64,000 nt of DNA from Candidatus Poribacteria bacterium (GTDB lineage Bacteria; Poribacteria; WGA-4E; WGA-3G). The stretch is from the NCBI GenBank assembly GCA_965214095.1, contig OZ243938.1, positions 5,142,210-5,206,209 on the forward strand, given 5' to 3'. How positions within the stretch are numbered: position 1 is the stretch's first letter; each line of letters opens with the position of its first letter. Below are positions 29,208 to 39,383 of this stretch, in pieces. The notes below the pieces were generated by a model. The model was not told the origin of the DNA, ran no database searches, and saw only the letters and a list, made by a program, of their open reading frames with translations. A program made the position numbers and the translations under genes.

Positions 29208-30365
29208 TTATAGTTCCTTTCTCAAAATCACTATACGATTGCTGTTCGTGCCTTTGTTGTTGTTAGCAACACCCCAACAATTTGCTGTTTTCGTGAAATC
29301 CTGGGTGTTAATCATCAATTTTTCAGGTATAAATCCTGCATCAAGAGAGGCTTTTGCAACAGCATTTTCTAAGAATATTTCACCTTTACGTACCTCTCCC
29401 ACTTCAAAAGCAATTCTACCAGATGGTTTTAGTACGCGATGTAACTCAACAAATACATCTGTCATCCGTGCAACCCAATCATCAAGTGACTTTAATTGCC
29501 AGATTTTACCTGCTTCTATTGTTATATCACAAAACCACATTCGTAACCAGTTGTCCTGTTTATAGTCAACAGTATCAAGAAATGGAGGAGAGGTTACAAC
29601 TAAATCAACAGATTCGTCAACAATCTGAGGTGTATCATCAGCGGATCCTGTTATGAGAACTGCATCATCACGCCAATAATAATCAGGGATGTCGTGTCGT
29701 AACAACTGTTTTGATTTACGTAGTATCAATTCTTTTGTGTTGCGGTATTCTGGGATCTGATTGCGTTTTTCGTTTATTTTCCGTTGCGAGTTTACTGATG
29801 CCGCAAGATTCGGAGGCAGTGTAAAAACAGAGAAGAAACCCGAGGAATGTCCTGTGAGACGACTACATGCGACCATTTGTAACCACGCATCTATTCTATC
29901 AAACCGTCCCTGTTGAAAATATGTTCGCCAACCATAGATTTCTCTGAGTGTATCTTCGTGAAAAAAGACTAATAAATCAGGGTCAATTTCTTCATCATAA
30001 GATAGGTCTATCTCAGACAACCTTTCCTCAATTTCCGCTAAAGCCGGTGGATTGAGTCGTGGAGATGTCAGAACTAATGAAAGTGGGTTAATATCATTTC
30101 CGATGACTTTATGTCCGTGGAGTTGTGCCTCTATTAAGGTCGTTCCGCGTCCCATAAAGGGATCGTAAACGACAGATTCAGATTTACAAAACTTTTGGAT
30201 AAAATGTGCGGGGAGTTGTGGTTTGTAGCAGGCGCGGTATGAGATTTCATGAATTGAATGTCCAGCACGTTGTTTTGCTGTCCAAAATTCGCCTATCTCA
30301 GTAGGGACATAGACAGAATAACTATTGGGACGATTGAAGTCAAAGGCTAATTGTACTGAAGGCAT
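29208..30365 (-). CDS. DNA amino-methyltransferase (N4-cytosine-like), apparently orphan
   Basis: DPFMGRGTT (motif I) followed by VTSPPF (motif IV) and RVLKPSG. Confidence 0.85.
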   Translation of the reverse strand: MPSVQLAFDFNRPNSYSVYVPTEIGEFWTAKQRAGHSIHEISYRACYKPQLPAHFIQKFCKSESVVYDPFMGRGTTLIEAQLHGHKVIGNDINPLSLVLTSPRLNPPALAEIEERLSEIDLSYDEEIDPDLLVFFHEDTLREIYGWRTYFQQGRFDRIDAWLQMVACSRLTGHSSGFFSVFTLPPNLAASVNSQRKINEKRNQIPEYRNTKELILRKSKQLLRHDIPDYYWRDDAVLITGSADDTPQIVDESVDLVVTSPPFLDTVDYKQDNWLRMWFCDITIEAGKIWQLKSLDDWVARMTDVFVELHRVLKPSGRIAFEVGEVRKGEIFLENAVAKASLDAGFIPEKLMINTQDFTKTANCWGVANNNKGTNSNRIVILRKEL

Positions 30366-30467
30366 GGAATAAAACCAATATACAGGTTATTCTAAAGATT
30401 CTCATAAGTGGTCAGTCGGTAGGAGCGATCTCCAAATCGCGAACTAAAATAAAATGTTGACTAAGCA

Positions 30468-30598
30468 CTAGTGTTCTGTCTACACTAATCTTGTCCGTCG
30501 GGTAGAGGCACGAAACCCGACAGGCAGCCATTTATCATCAATAAAGGCGGGGGCGTGCCTCTACCCGACCTACAATGTCCGAATGGACACAGCACTAG
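30468..30598. repeat. MITE-like family C (CTAGTGTTCTGTCTACACTAATCTTG...GGACACAGCACTAG) with REP pair
   Basis: Copies at 38180-38501 and 59830-59961, and an internally deleted copy at 33607-33655. Confidence 0.8.
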
Positions 30599-30629
30599 AA
30601 TACATATTGAAATTATATCTTTTGAGAAC

Positions 30630-32198
30630 TCAATCTGATAGAAGGGATTCAATCATACAAATTAACGGTTGTCCGTTCACGATATGCGATCCCTTGAACG
30701 TGTATTGCCAATACCCGTTTTTATCAATTAAAATAAAATGCGGGATGGCTCTGACGTTATATGCCTCAGCAAATTCCCAATCTGGATCAAGCAAAACAGG
30801 CCAAGGCGGGTTATGTTCATCTAAAGACTTCTGCACTTGCTCAGGCTTTTCACCATTATTAACTCCCAAAAAGACGAAATCTTTGCTCATGCTAAAATGC
30901 TCGTAGACGAGTTTGAGTTGAGGAACTACCAAGTTGCACGGTCCACACCACGATGCACTTACATCAAGCAATACTACTTTTCCAGACATATCTGATAAAG
31001 TGTATGATTCACCATCCAGCGTTTCTAAACGAAAATCCTCTGCCTTCTCATTTATTCTTTTCGACAGCACTTGTTGACAGATATGTATACGGTCCGCTTC
31101 TTTTCGGATTTCGTATTCTGCTTCGGTGTCTTTGAGAAATGCCTCAAAGGTTGTCTTGGGATTTCTTTTCTTTATCTGTTGATAGACGCGTTTTAAACCT
31201 GATTGCGCATCAGGATGGGGAGTAGGGGCAAAATGTGCATCCACATAGTAGTACTTTGCTTTTTCCCATTGTTCAATACCTTCTGCAGATCGTCCAAGCA
31301 TATAAAGATAGTCTATCGTTTCCTCGCCAAACCTTGCCCAAAATGAATCCAGAAAATCCGGTGCGTACTCGTTGAGGTGATCATGTGCTTCGCGCCACTT
31401 TTCTTGATGGTAGTAAACTTTCCCACGTAAGCGCGAGATCTCTTCGTAAGCATATTCTAAGCTTCCCTTTTTCCTTTCAAGCCATTCTTGTTCTTCCTTC
31501 TCTTCTAATCTTATTTCAGCACGATCTAAAGTTTTCAATGCTTTATCTAATCGGTTGCTAAGCTTAATTCGATATTTTACTGCGTTCGTATATGCCCATA
31601 TGTGCTTTTGCTGAGTCTCGTTACAATAATATAGATGTGCATTCATGAGATCATCAATCAGTTCATCAATGTAGACACCGTCTGCAAGAGAACGATTCTT
31701 CTCTACTAACCGCAGCATGTTTTCATAAGCCAGCATATACCAAGTAGTTGGACCATCTGTAATAGTACATTCATTGATGACACGTTCGTTATAGTGCCAC
31801 TGCTGATCTTCGTCTTCATTCAGTTCTGCTAACTCTAATAGTGCTGCCAGATATGTGTCGGTTCCTGGGTAATTTAACATCTTGTTAAATATCTCTTTTG
31901 GAACATTCTTGGCACGGCCAGGAAGACGTGTATATCCCATATAGACAGTGAAATATAAATCCGATGATTCTGGGTGTGTTTGTAATACCATTTCGATTTC
32001 GGGATAGATTCGCTCTTTCGCTTCTGTTTCTGAAAACATTTCGGTCATTAGTTCCCAGCGTGTATTGTAAGCCTTCAAATCCGGTGGATTGGATTCTAAG
32101 ACCTGTTCGCTGATTTCTAATGCCTTGTCAAATTCACGTGACCTGGACAGGTCATTAATCTGTTCCGATAAACTCTGTTGTTCTTTATTTTCTAACAT
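30630..32198 (-). CDS. Helical-repeat (TPR-like) protein with C-terminal TlpA/redoxin domain
   Basis: DFRLETLDG, GKVVLLD.SASWCGPC and AIPHFILIDKNG motifs. Confidence 0.85.
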   Translation of the reverse strand: MLENKEQQSLSEQINDLSRSREFDKALEISEQVLESNPPDLKAYNTRWELMTEMFSETEAKERIYPEIEMVLQTHPESSDLYFTVYMGYTRLPGRAKNVPKEIFNKMLNYPGTDTYLAALLELAELNEDEDQQWHYNERVINECTITDGPTTWYMLAYENMLRLVEKNRSLADGVYIDELIDDLMNAHLYYCNETQQKHIWAYTNAVKYRIKLSNRLDKALKTLDRAEIRLEEKEEQEWLERKKGSLEYAYEEISRLRGKVYYHQEKWREAHDHLNEYAPDFLDSFWARFGEETIDYLYMLGRSAEGIEQWEKAKYYYVDAHFAPTPHPDAQSGLKRVYQQIKKRNPKTTFEAFLKDTEAEYEIRKEADRIHICQQVLSKRINEKAEDFRLETLDGESYTLSDMSGKVVLLDVSASWCGPCNLVVPQLKLVYEHFSMSKDFVFLGVNNGEKPEQVQKSLDEHNPPWPVLLDPDWEFAEAYNVRAIPHFILIDKNGYWQYTFKGSHIVNGQPLICMIESLLSD

Positions 32199-32631
32199 AT
32201 ATCTCCTCAATTAGTTCGCAGCCAGTAAATTGCGAATTTCTGTCATTGAGTTTAATCGCTAAATTAGGAAAGTTTCCTTTATTGATACAAGATATCATTT
32301 TTTCTCAAATGGGAAACTCTCAAATTTGTCAATTAAGAGAAATTAATGCTTTTTCTTATACAAGTCAGAAAAGAAATGATAAATAGAATAAGTCAATATT
32401 GCTTTGATTCAAAAAGCGTAAGCTGCTTGGAAAAAGTTGGATGAGGTAGTCCTGTTTGTCCGTTCCCCTAAATTGCTTCTAAGTTCTCAAGGCATGAATA
32501 ATCCTTGAAGAATCGGGTGATGTCATCTGCTTTCCTCTGTTCTGCCAGTTTCTCTTGAAGGTGGATCAATACGCAGTCGGTTAAAAACACGAGGTGTTTG
32601 TTTTTTTAGAAACGTAAACCAAACTCTCCAA

Positions 32632-33126
32632 CTAAACAGTATAATGCTTAGCAATATCATCGTCCAGATTTTCTAAAATATCTTTGGCATCACGTTTCGG
32701 TGTTTTTTCCTTTTTCACTTCTGCTTCAAGAAATCCGTTTTCTTCAATAACCTTTTCATCAACATATATTGGCACTTCACATCGGACTGCAAGCGCAATA
32801 GCATCACTAGGTCGTGAATCTAATTCGAATTTCTCTCCGTTCAATTCAAGGGTCACCTCTGCGTAAAATGTAGAATCTTCAATAGAAGTGATACAAACAG
32901 AATCCACCTGAGCGGAAAATGTCTCAATCACGTTCTTGAGCAGATCGTGTGTGATGGGACGTGGTGGAGGTGTCTGTTTCAGTTGGTTTTCTATCGCCCA
33001 CGCTTCGGATTCTCCGATCCATATCAGCAATATCCGTTTAGATTCCCCTTCTCTTTCTTTCAACACAACAAGGGGAGTGCGAGTGTTTCGATCAATTGTT
33101 AGAAATTCAATATTTACTTCAACCAT
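32632..33126 (-). CDS. Bifunctional nuclease (DUF151/BFN) family protein
   Basis: Motifs LIWIGESEA.AI, PRPITHDL and DSRPSDAIALA. Confidence 0.9.
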   Translation of the reverse strand: MVEVNIEFLTIDRNTRTPLVVLKEREGESKRILLIWIGESEAWAIENQLKQTPPPRPITHDLLKNVIETFSAQVDSVCITSIEDSTFYAEVTLELNGEKFELDSRPSDAIALAVRCEVPIYVDEKVIEENGFLEAEVKKEKTPKRDAKDILENLDDDIAKHYTV

Positions 33127-33538
33127 CTTTTTTCTCCTCTTCAAGGAAACCGTGTTCTTCTAAAACACCTTCATCTACAAAGATTGGGGCATTAAATCGT
33201 ATTGCAACAGCAATTGCGTCACTGGGACGCGAATCTATGGCAATTTCTTGTGTACCTGTTTTAAGACTCAACTTCGCATAAAAGGTTGACTTCTCAATTT
33301 TGGTGATATAGACCGCATTAACGGTTGTCGAAAGTGCATCTATGATATTCTTGATAAGATCGTGAGTCAATGGACGTGGAGGAGACATTTCATCCAAATA
33401 TGATTTTATTGCGTTTGCCTCCGCTTCTCCGACCCAAATCAATAACCTTCGTATAGGAGCACCTTCTTTCTGTTTTAGAATGACGACTGGTGTTCCATTA
33501 TTGTTTGTGGAGATATAATCTGCTTTTACTTCAACCAT
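33119..33538 (-). CDS. Bifunctional nuclease (DUF151/BFN) family protein, tandem paralog
   Basis: Motifs LIWVGEAEA.AI, PRPLTHDL and DSRPSDAIAVA. Confidence 0.9.
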   Translation of the reverse strand: MVEVKADYISTNNNGTPVVILKQKEGAPIRRLLIWVGEAEANAIKSYLDEMSPPRPLTHDLIKNIIDALSTTVNAVYITKIEKSTFYAKLSLKTGTQEIAIDSRPSDAIAVAIRFNAPIFVDEGVLEEHGFLEEEKKDG

Positions 33539-33581
33539 TGGGATACTCCATTGTTCAAAATATCTTCGGTTTAATGTGTAT

Positions 33582-33885
33582 TATAGTAAAAACCAAAATT
33601 ATTTGCATAGTACTGTTCTGTCTACACTAATCTTGTCCGAATGGACACTCCACTACGGTAGGTTCGGTTTCCTAACCGAACCGGCTTTGTGCCAAATACC
33701 TTCATAGAGGTTCTCGCACAGGTTCCGTGCAGTTAGGAAACCGAACCTACCGGCCTGGGAAAACGCCTAATTTACACTAAATTGACGCCTATGGTTCGGT
33801 TTCCTAACCGAACCGGTATTTGTTCAGTCTCATAGATGCGGTTAGGAAACCCCATCTACCGGGGGGTGTGCACGTATTTTACATT
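33582..33885. mobile_element. Composite repeat: family D shell containing an empty family C shell and a left-truncated family A element
   Basis: Family A right TIR ends at 33793 and is followed by GTTCGGTTTCCTAACCGAAC (33794-33813), which duplicates 33662-33681. Confidence 0.72.
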
Positions 33886-33902
33886 AGTTGAAGCTGCAAA
33901 TT

Positions 33903-35771
33903 TTATTCAGAAGTAGGCTCGGATTCAGAAGTAGGCTCGGATTCAGAAACTGTTACTGAATTCTGATTAAGACCTTTAGCATAATCCTGAATCGTCTGTC
34001 CAATTTTTGCAGTATCCAGACCGCTGAAGTTAACGAGTTCTTTCAAGAGTGGCATTGCAGCTCCAGCATTGATTATAGAACCGAGGATGCGACTCATTCC
34101 ACCTGAATTACCATTACCACCATTTCCACCTAAATCAAGTACACGGATACTTTCAATACGTTCTGCAGGTTTCATCAACTCACCCGTAACTTCAGGTAAT
34201 GCCTCAACAAGTGCATGCACTGCATCACTGACAAGCACCTGTGGTTCAGCTTGGTTTTTGGCAGTAATTAAGGCTTCTTCGCCATCAGCCTCAGCCTTTG
34301 CTTCAACAAGCAAAGCCTCAGCAAGTATTTTTGTTGCCTCAGACTTGACTGTCGCTGCCTCCAGTTCCGCTTTTGCTGTTTCAACGATGGTGTATGCCTC
34401 AGCATCAGCCATCTTCTCCTTAGCAATTCTTTCTTCGTCTGCTTCTTGTTCTGCACGAATCAGTTCAATTTTGCTTTCGCGTTCAGCCTTTTCTATTGCT
34501 TCAGCAGTTTCAACGGCGGCTTCAGCGCGGGCTTTTTCTGCAGAAACCGATAACAGATCGATAAGGGCAATCTCACGTTCTTTCTCTTTCAATGAAACAA
34601 GAATAGCGTTTTCTGCCTCAGCTTCTTTTTCTGCACGTTCCTTATCAATCAATACAATTCTACGTTCAATTTCTGTTTCTTTGACTGTAGCCTCTTGTTC
34701 AATCTTAGCTTTTTCAATAGTGAGGTTACGCTGGATTTCTGCTTCCTCAACCGCTTGCAGTTGTTGTACTTTTGCAAGCTCAACTGCTTGCTTTTGAGAG
34801 ATTTCACTTTCTTCAACCTGACGTTCCTGTTCAATCCGTTCCATCTCTATTTTTTGAGTTTGCGCAATTTCAGCAGATTTTATAGCCTGTTCTTGCATAA
34901 TTCGTGCTTCTTCAACCGCCTGGAGTTGTTCAAACTTATGTGCTTCAACCTGACGTTCCTGTTCCGCCTTGTTAGTAGCAATTTCCTTACGTTGTGCTTC
35001 TTGGGCGAATTCAAGTCGTTGCTCTACCTCTAAACCTTCGGTCTCTGTTTCTTCTTCACGCATCTTGATCTCAAGTTCAGCTTTGAGACGGTCTTCTTCA
35101 CGTTTAACTTTATTTTCGTGTTCTATCTTAGCGGTTGCAGTCTGTTTCTCTTCAACTTCCTGCTTGATCGTCTGAATTGCGACAACATCAAAACGGTTGT
35201 TTTCATCAAGTGAATCAAGTGGGGTTTGATCAAGGTTGGTAATAGCAACAGTTTCAAGTTTGAAACCGTTCTGCTCAAGATCTTCAAGGCATGCTTCTTG
35301 AACTTGATCAGAGAATTCTTGTCGTTTTTCATGGAGTTCCTGAAGTTCCATGGTCGCGGCAACACTTCGTAAAACACCTACAAGTTTACCTTCCAGCAAC
35401 GTATTCACTGCTTCTGGAGTCAAGGTTTTATCTCCAAGACTTGCAACTGCTTTAAGCACATCTTGTTCATTCGGTTCAATTTTAACATAGAATTCTGCCT
35501 GAATGTCAACACGTAAACTATCCTTTGTAATCAGTGCCGCTTGACCTTCACGTTCAACAGGCAGCTGTAAGGTATTTAGTGAGATAGTTTGCGTTATGTT
35601 TGTTATTGGGTTCACAAGCGTTCCACCAAATACAACACGTTTCTTATTGCCACCTGAAATCACCAACGCGGCATCAGCAGGGGCTTTTTTGTAGAATGAT
35701 TTATAGATTAACACAAAGATTACGAATAACGCAATCAGACCACCAACAATGAGGATAAAAAGTTCACTCAT
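33903..35771 (-). CDS. Flotillin/SPFH (YqiK-like) membrane protein
   Basis: N-terminal TM helix, SPFH motifs (LITKD..RVD..AEFYV, LRSVAA.M), long E/A/Q coiled coil and KPAERIESIRVL. Confidence 0.9.
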   Translation of the reverse strand: MSELFILIVGGLIALFVIFVLIYKSFYKKAPADAALVISGGNKKRVVFGGTLVNPITNITQTISLNTLQLPVEREGQAALITKDSLRVDIQAEFYVKIEPNEQDVLKAVASLGDKTLTPEAVNTLLEGKLVGVLRSVAATMELQELHEKRQEFSDQVQEACLEDLEQNGFKLETVAITNLDQTPLDSLDENNRFDVVAIQTIKQEVEEKQTATAKIEHENKVKREEDRLKAELEIKMREEETETEGLEVEQRLEFAQEAQRKEIATNKAEQERQVEAHKFEQLQAVEEARIMQEQAIKSAEIAQTQKIEMERIEQERQVEESEISQKQAVELAKVQQLQAVEEAEIQRNLTIEKAKIEQEATVKETEIERRIVLIDKERAEKEAEAENAILVSLKEKEREIALIDLLSVSAEKARAEAAVETAEAIEKAERESKIELIRAEQEADEERIAKEKMADAEAYTIVETAKAELEAATVKSEATKILAEALLVEAKAEADGEEALITAKNQAEPQVLVSDAVHALVEALPEVTGELMKPAERIESIRVLDLGGNGGNGNSGGMSRILGSIINAGAAMPLLKELVNFSGLDTAKIGQTIQDYAKGLNQNSVTVSESEPTSESEPTSE

Positions 35772-35821
35772 TTCATTTCTCCTTGACTTTTGTTATCATG
35801 TTTATTTTTGGTAATTTGTAT

Positions 35822-36616
35822 TTACTGTAGTTCCATTTCTACTGGTTTCACATCAAAAATCCGTTTATCAGAATCATAGTTTATAAGAATAACGGTATCT
35901 CCTTTTACCGGAAACGTTTCATCAGGTTTTACACGACATTTCACTGTCAATGTATCCCCATTAGGGACAACAACACGTGCTGTTCCAAAAGTAGAAGTAA
36001 CTTGTCCACTTATCACTCTACCGCGTAAGCCGAGTAGATGCATATCTTTTGTTGCTGGATCACTTTCTGGAAAGATCCTTGAAAGAGTCAACGATAGATA
36101 TCGCGTGCTTAACACACTGCAGACAAAAGCAACTGAACAGGATATGCCAAAGAACAGACTTGTTGTGGAATCAACACGAAGGATATTATTGACGATTAAC
36201 CCGGTGAAACTCCAAGTCGTAAAAAGGGACATTACGACAATCATAAACGGGACCCTGCCAATATTCAAGAAACCTAATACGTCTCCAAAGACACTACCAG
36301 CTGCACCAGAATCCGTGGTAATTTCGGTATCTGCATCGGCATCAACATCCATATCAACATCAGCGTCAACATCCATGTCAATATCCGCATCAACATCTAA
36401 ATCTAAATCAACGTCAACATCCGCATCAACGTCAAAGTCAACATCTGCATCCACATCAAAGTCTGCATCCACATCTGCGTCAACGTCAGCGTCAGCATCT
36501 CCGAAGTCCAATCCACCGAGAACCAGCCGAAAAATGGCAAACAGGAAAACGACAGTAAGTGGTGCAGTAAACCACACATTATAAGGTACTACAAGATATT
36601 TCCAAAAAGCACCCAT
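35822..36616 (-). CDS. YqiJ/NfeD-like membrane protein with Asp-alternating low-complexity loop
   Basis: TM helices, [11 protein letters not shown] motif and C-terminal OB-like GLRGRV...G.ARV. Sits upstream of the flotillin gene. Confidence 0.82.
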   Translation of the reverse strand: MGAFWKYLVVPYNVWFTAPLTVVFLFAIFRLVLGGLDFGDADADVDADVDADFDVDADVDFDVDADVDVDLDLDVDADIDMDVDADVDMDVDADADTEITTDSGAAGSVFGDVLGFLNIGRVPFMIVVMSLFTTWSFTGLIVNNILRVDSTTSLFFGISCSVAFVCSVLSTRYLSLTLSRIFPESDPATKDMHLLGLRGRVISGQVTSTFGTARVVVPNGDTLTVKCRVKPDETFPVKGDTVILINYDSDKRIFDVKPVEMELQ

Positions 36617-37002
36617 TAGTTATACCTCCCAATCTGTTCGGTGATAAATTGCTGGACATGCATCGCCTCATGAAAACTCATGTTATCTATCCAGTAAATA
36701 TTACGTTTGACATATATTTCAAGCCGCGCTTGTCCAAATAACCGATGTTTCAGCAGACGCGCAAGTTTTACAGAACGTATATCACTAAAAAACACATTAC
36801 ACCGTATATTTGCATAGGAGACAGCGATATTCCCCATAAACTTTTCATCTAATACGAGGACACGCAGCGATGTGATAAGAACAAAATCTGGACGTAACAA
36901 TGAGGAACGTCCGAGAACACACAGATAGATTTTCTCATCCTGTTGGAGTTCTGCTTTTGCAAGTTGTTGAATACGTGTGGGTAAATTTCCAAATTCAGCC
37001 AT
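36616..37002 (-). CDS. Bacterial PH-domain-like protein
   Basis: [18 protein letters not shown] and FSDIRSV patterns. ATG at 37002 with GAGGA upstream. Confidence 0.6.
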   Translation of the reverse strand: MAEFGNLPTRIQQLAKAELQQDEKIYLCVLGRSSLLRPDFVLITSLRVLVLDEKFMGNIAVSYANIRCNVFFSDIRSVKLARLLKHRLFGQARLEIYVKRNIYWIDNMSFHEAMHVQQFITEQIGRYN

Positions 37003-37088
37003 CGTGCATCGTCCTCTTATACTATTGAGACATTGAAATGAGGAAAGATAGCAAGAAATGTCAGATTTGATTGTTGAAAATGTAAATG

Positions 37089-37128
37089 ATAACAATAAAC
37101 ACACAATCTCTTGTGTGTTTATTGTTAT
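37089..37128 (-). terminator. Hairpin downstream of tmRNA
   Basis: Perfect stem ATAACAATAAACACACAA-TCTC-TTGTGTGTTTATTGTTAT. Confidence 0.65.
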
Positions 37129-37130
37129 GA

Positions 37131-37481
37131 TGGAGGTGGCGGGAATCGAACCCGCGTCCGAAAGCAGATTGATAAAGGTCTCTACATGCTTATCCCAGGT
37201 TTTAAGTTTCGCCAGTTAGACTCCCCTGTGCAGGATTCATAAATGACTATCTCAAGTTTAGATTCGCAGGATGTCCCTTGAGAACAACCAAACTGCTAGC
37301 CTGTATTGTGACGCTTTTACCTCCCTGACAGACAACAAGTCAGCAAAGCGTAGCCGCTTAAGCAGCTAATGCTAATTCTTGATCAGCAATTATAATTGTT
37401 CCGCCTATTTTACGAGGCCTGCGGAGACCTCGGCATGCAACCCAGATCGCAATTACCTCCGTCGAAACCTGTGTCACCCCC
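37131..37481 (-). ncRNA. ssrA: tmRNA
   Basis: 5' end GGGGGTGACACAGGTTTCGAC and 3' end GCGGGTTCGATTCCCGCCACCTCCA. G3-U Ala acceptor pair. Tag frame GCT GAT CAA GAA TTA GCA TTA GCT GCT TAA (ADQELALAA). Adjacent to smpB. Confidence 0.95.
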
Positions 37482-37499
37482 AGAATATATCTCGTGGGT

Positions 37500-37970
37500 C
37501 TATGTATAAGAACGTATTTCACGATCCGCATGATCGCGATCTATTTTTTCACGTTTGTCGTAAAGACGTTTCCCTTGTGCTACTGCTAATTCTAACTTAA
37601 CCCGACTACCTGTAAAGTATGCACGGGTTGGAATTAACGTCAAACCTTTGGATTTAACAGCCCGTTCCAGTTTTCTGATCTCGCTACGATGTAACAGCAG
37701 TTTCCGTGGACGTTTCGGTTCATGGTTCATCTGATTACCTTGGTCGTACAAACCGATGTAAGCATCAACCAGAAATACCTCGCCATCTGTTATCTGTGCG
37801 TAACTATCTGTCAGATTGAACAGCCCGTTCCTTATTGCTTTGACTTCAGTCCCTTGCAAAACGATACCTGCTTCATATCGGTCGCGGAGATGATAGTCAT
37901 ACCGTGCTTTCCGATTGACTGTAATTGTTCCGTTCTGCGGGGAATTCTTCTTCTTTTTCACAATAACCAT
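37500..37970 (-). CDS. smpB: SsrA-binding protein
   Basis: Motifs NRKARYDY, EAGIVLQGTEVKAIR, RKLLLHRSEI and GKRLYDKR. Confidence 0.97.
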   Translation of the reverse strand: MVIVKKKKNSPQNGTITVNRKARYDYHLRDRYEAGIVLQGTEVKAIRNGLFNLTDSYAQITDGEVFLVDAYIGLYDQGNQMNHEPKRPRKLLLHRSEIRKLERAVKSKGLTLIPTRAYFTGSRVKLELAVAQGKRLYDKREKIDRDHADREIRSYT

Positions 37971-38179
37971 TATTGTAACATATAAATTTCCTGTATGCAA
38001 GGAAATTGTATAAGGTGTCAAGGTTATTTATGGTATAACAATATAGGGCGTACTAAAGATGTGAAAAACGCAAACATCCGATAAACCCGATGCCTACGCA
38101 ATTTAGTCAAAATTACCGATGGTCACTTTTTTAGTACCCTCCCCTAATTGGATGCCTACAATTTATTGTCAAATTACAA

Positions 38180-38501
38180 CTATTGTTCTGTCTATACTAA
38201 TCTTGTCCGTCGGGTAGAGGCACGAAACCCGACATGCCATAGGCGTCAATTTAGCGTCCTTCCAAGTACCGGTAGGTTCGGTTTCCTAACCGAACCGCTT
38301 TGTGCCAAATACCTTCATAGAGGTTCTCGCGTAGGATCCGGTTCGGTTAGGAAACCGAACCTACCGTCCTGGGAAAAACGCCTAATTTACACTAAATTGA
38401 CGCCCATCAGGCACGAAACCCGACATGCAGACATTTATCATCAATAAAGGCGGGGGTCGTGCCACTACCCGATGGACAATGTCCGAGTGGACGCTCCACT
38501 A
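38180..38501. repeat. Family C element interrupted by a family A insertion
   Basis: Removing 38238-38428 restores a sequence colinear with 30468-30598. Confidence 0.82.
38238..38408. mobile_element. MITE family A (171 bp) with 20-bp direct repeat
   Basis: TIRs CATAGGCGTCAATTTAG / CTAAATTGACGCCCATC. Direct repeat AGGCACGAAACCCGACATGC at 38218-38237 and 38409-38428. Confidence 0.88.
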
Positions 38502-38947
38502 TTGCTGTGTCCACATCTTATTTATGGTGAAGCATAGAATTATATCTACACTTTCTATCAACGGTAGACGAGGTTTCCTAACCTCGCCTCAGCAATGTAT
38601 AGAATCAAATTCAATAATTTACCAAAATATCCGATATTTACTCAATTTGCGTTTAATTGCTAATTGGTAAAATTGGTAATTTTTTGTTCGGAAGAATCCA
38701 GTCATAGACAAGATCCGTGTACAGAAAAAATTACCAATTGCCTAAAAGTATCAACACTATATCACTCTAATTGACATTTGGAAACGATTTTGTCTGAACG
38801 ATCCGCAGTCCAAGAACCGCTACCTAACGACCTCAAAGGTAGGGAACTCCGATTCCCGGCTGCAAACGGGGCGCGATTCGGAGATCGCTCCTACAGTGGT
38901 GTGTCCAATTATTTTCATACTTCACCATAAATAACCCTGGAATTTTA

Positions 38948-39171
38948 CAGGGTTATTTTGTTTTAATAAATTATCAACATCAGGATTTACTGAAAGTTAA
39001 TACTCAAAGCGGTAGGTGCGGTTTCCTAACCGCACCGAAACCTGTGAAAAGACCTATTATGAAAGGTGTTTGACACAAATCCGGTGCGGTTAGGAAACCG
39101 CACCTACCGGCTTGGGGAATTTAGCATTTGTGAAAGAATACACAAGAAAAACCTAAAACTAAATAACCCTG
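38948..39171. mobile_element. MITE family E with CAGGG termini and internal REP pair
   Basis: TIRs CAGGGTTATTTTGTTTTA / TAAAACTAAATAACCCTG. GAATTTTA flanks both sides (38940-38947 and 39172-39179). Confidence 0.75.
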
Positions 39172-39383
39172 GAATTTTATATGACAAATTTACAGAAAAA
39201 TGCTATACTTGTTAATATAGTAAGTTGCAATTTAGGATTTATGTCAATTTCACGATTTTTTTAGCATATTGGTATAATGGTTTAATTTCAGACGGTTTCT
39301 GCAATTACAACGTGCCTACCGATTGTACGTAAGTCCTGATTTCTAACGTATCAATTTCCAACCGATAGGATTAAACACGAATT

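Noticed and set aside
32440-32630. ~55-codon minus-strand frame downstream of the BFN genes
   Set aside because: No clear RBS or recognisable motif, so it cannot be supported.
34069-36584. Ser/Ala/Thr-rich plus-strand ORFs (34069..34797, 36105..36584)
   Set aside because: Antisense to the flotillin coiled coil and the Asp-repeat tract.
37131-37170. tRNA gene
   Set aside because: The T-arm and acceptor belong to the tmRNA. There is no anticodon arm.
38148-38670. ORFs 38148..38447 and 38425..38670
   Set aside because: They lie within nested MITE/REP sequence.
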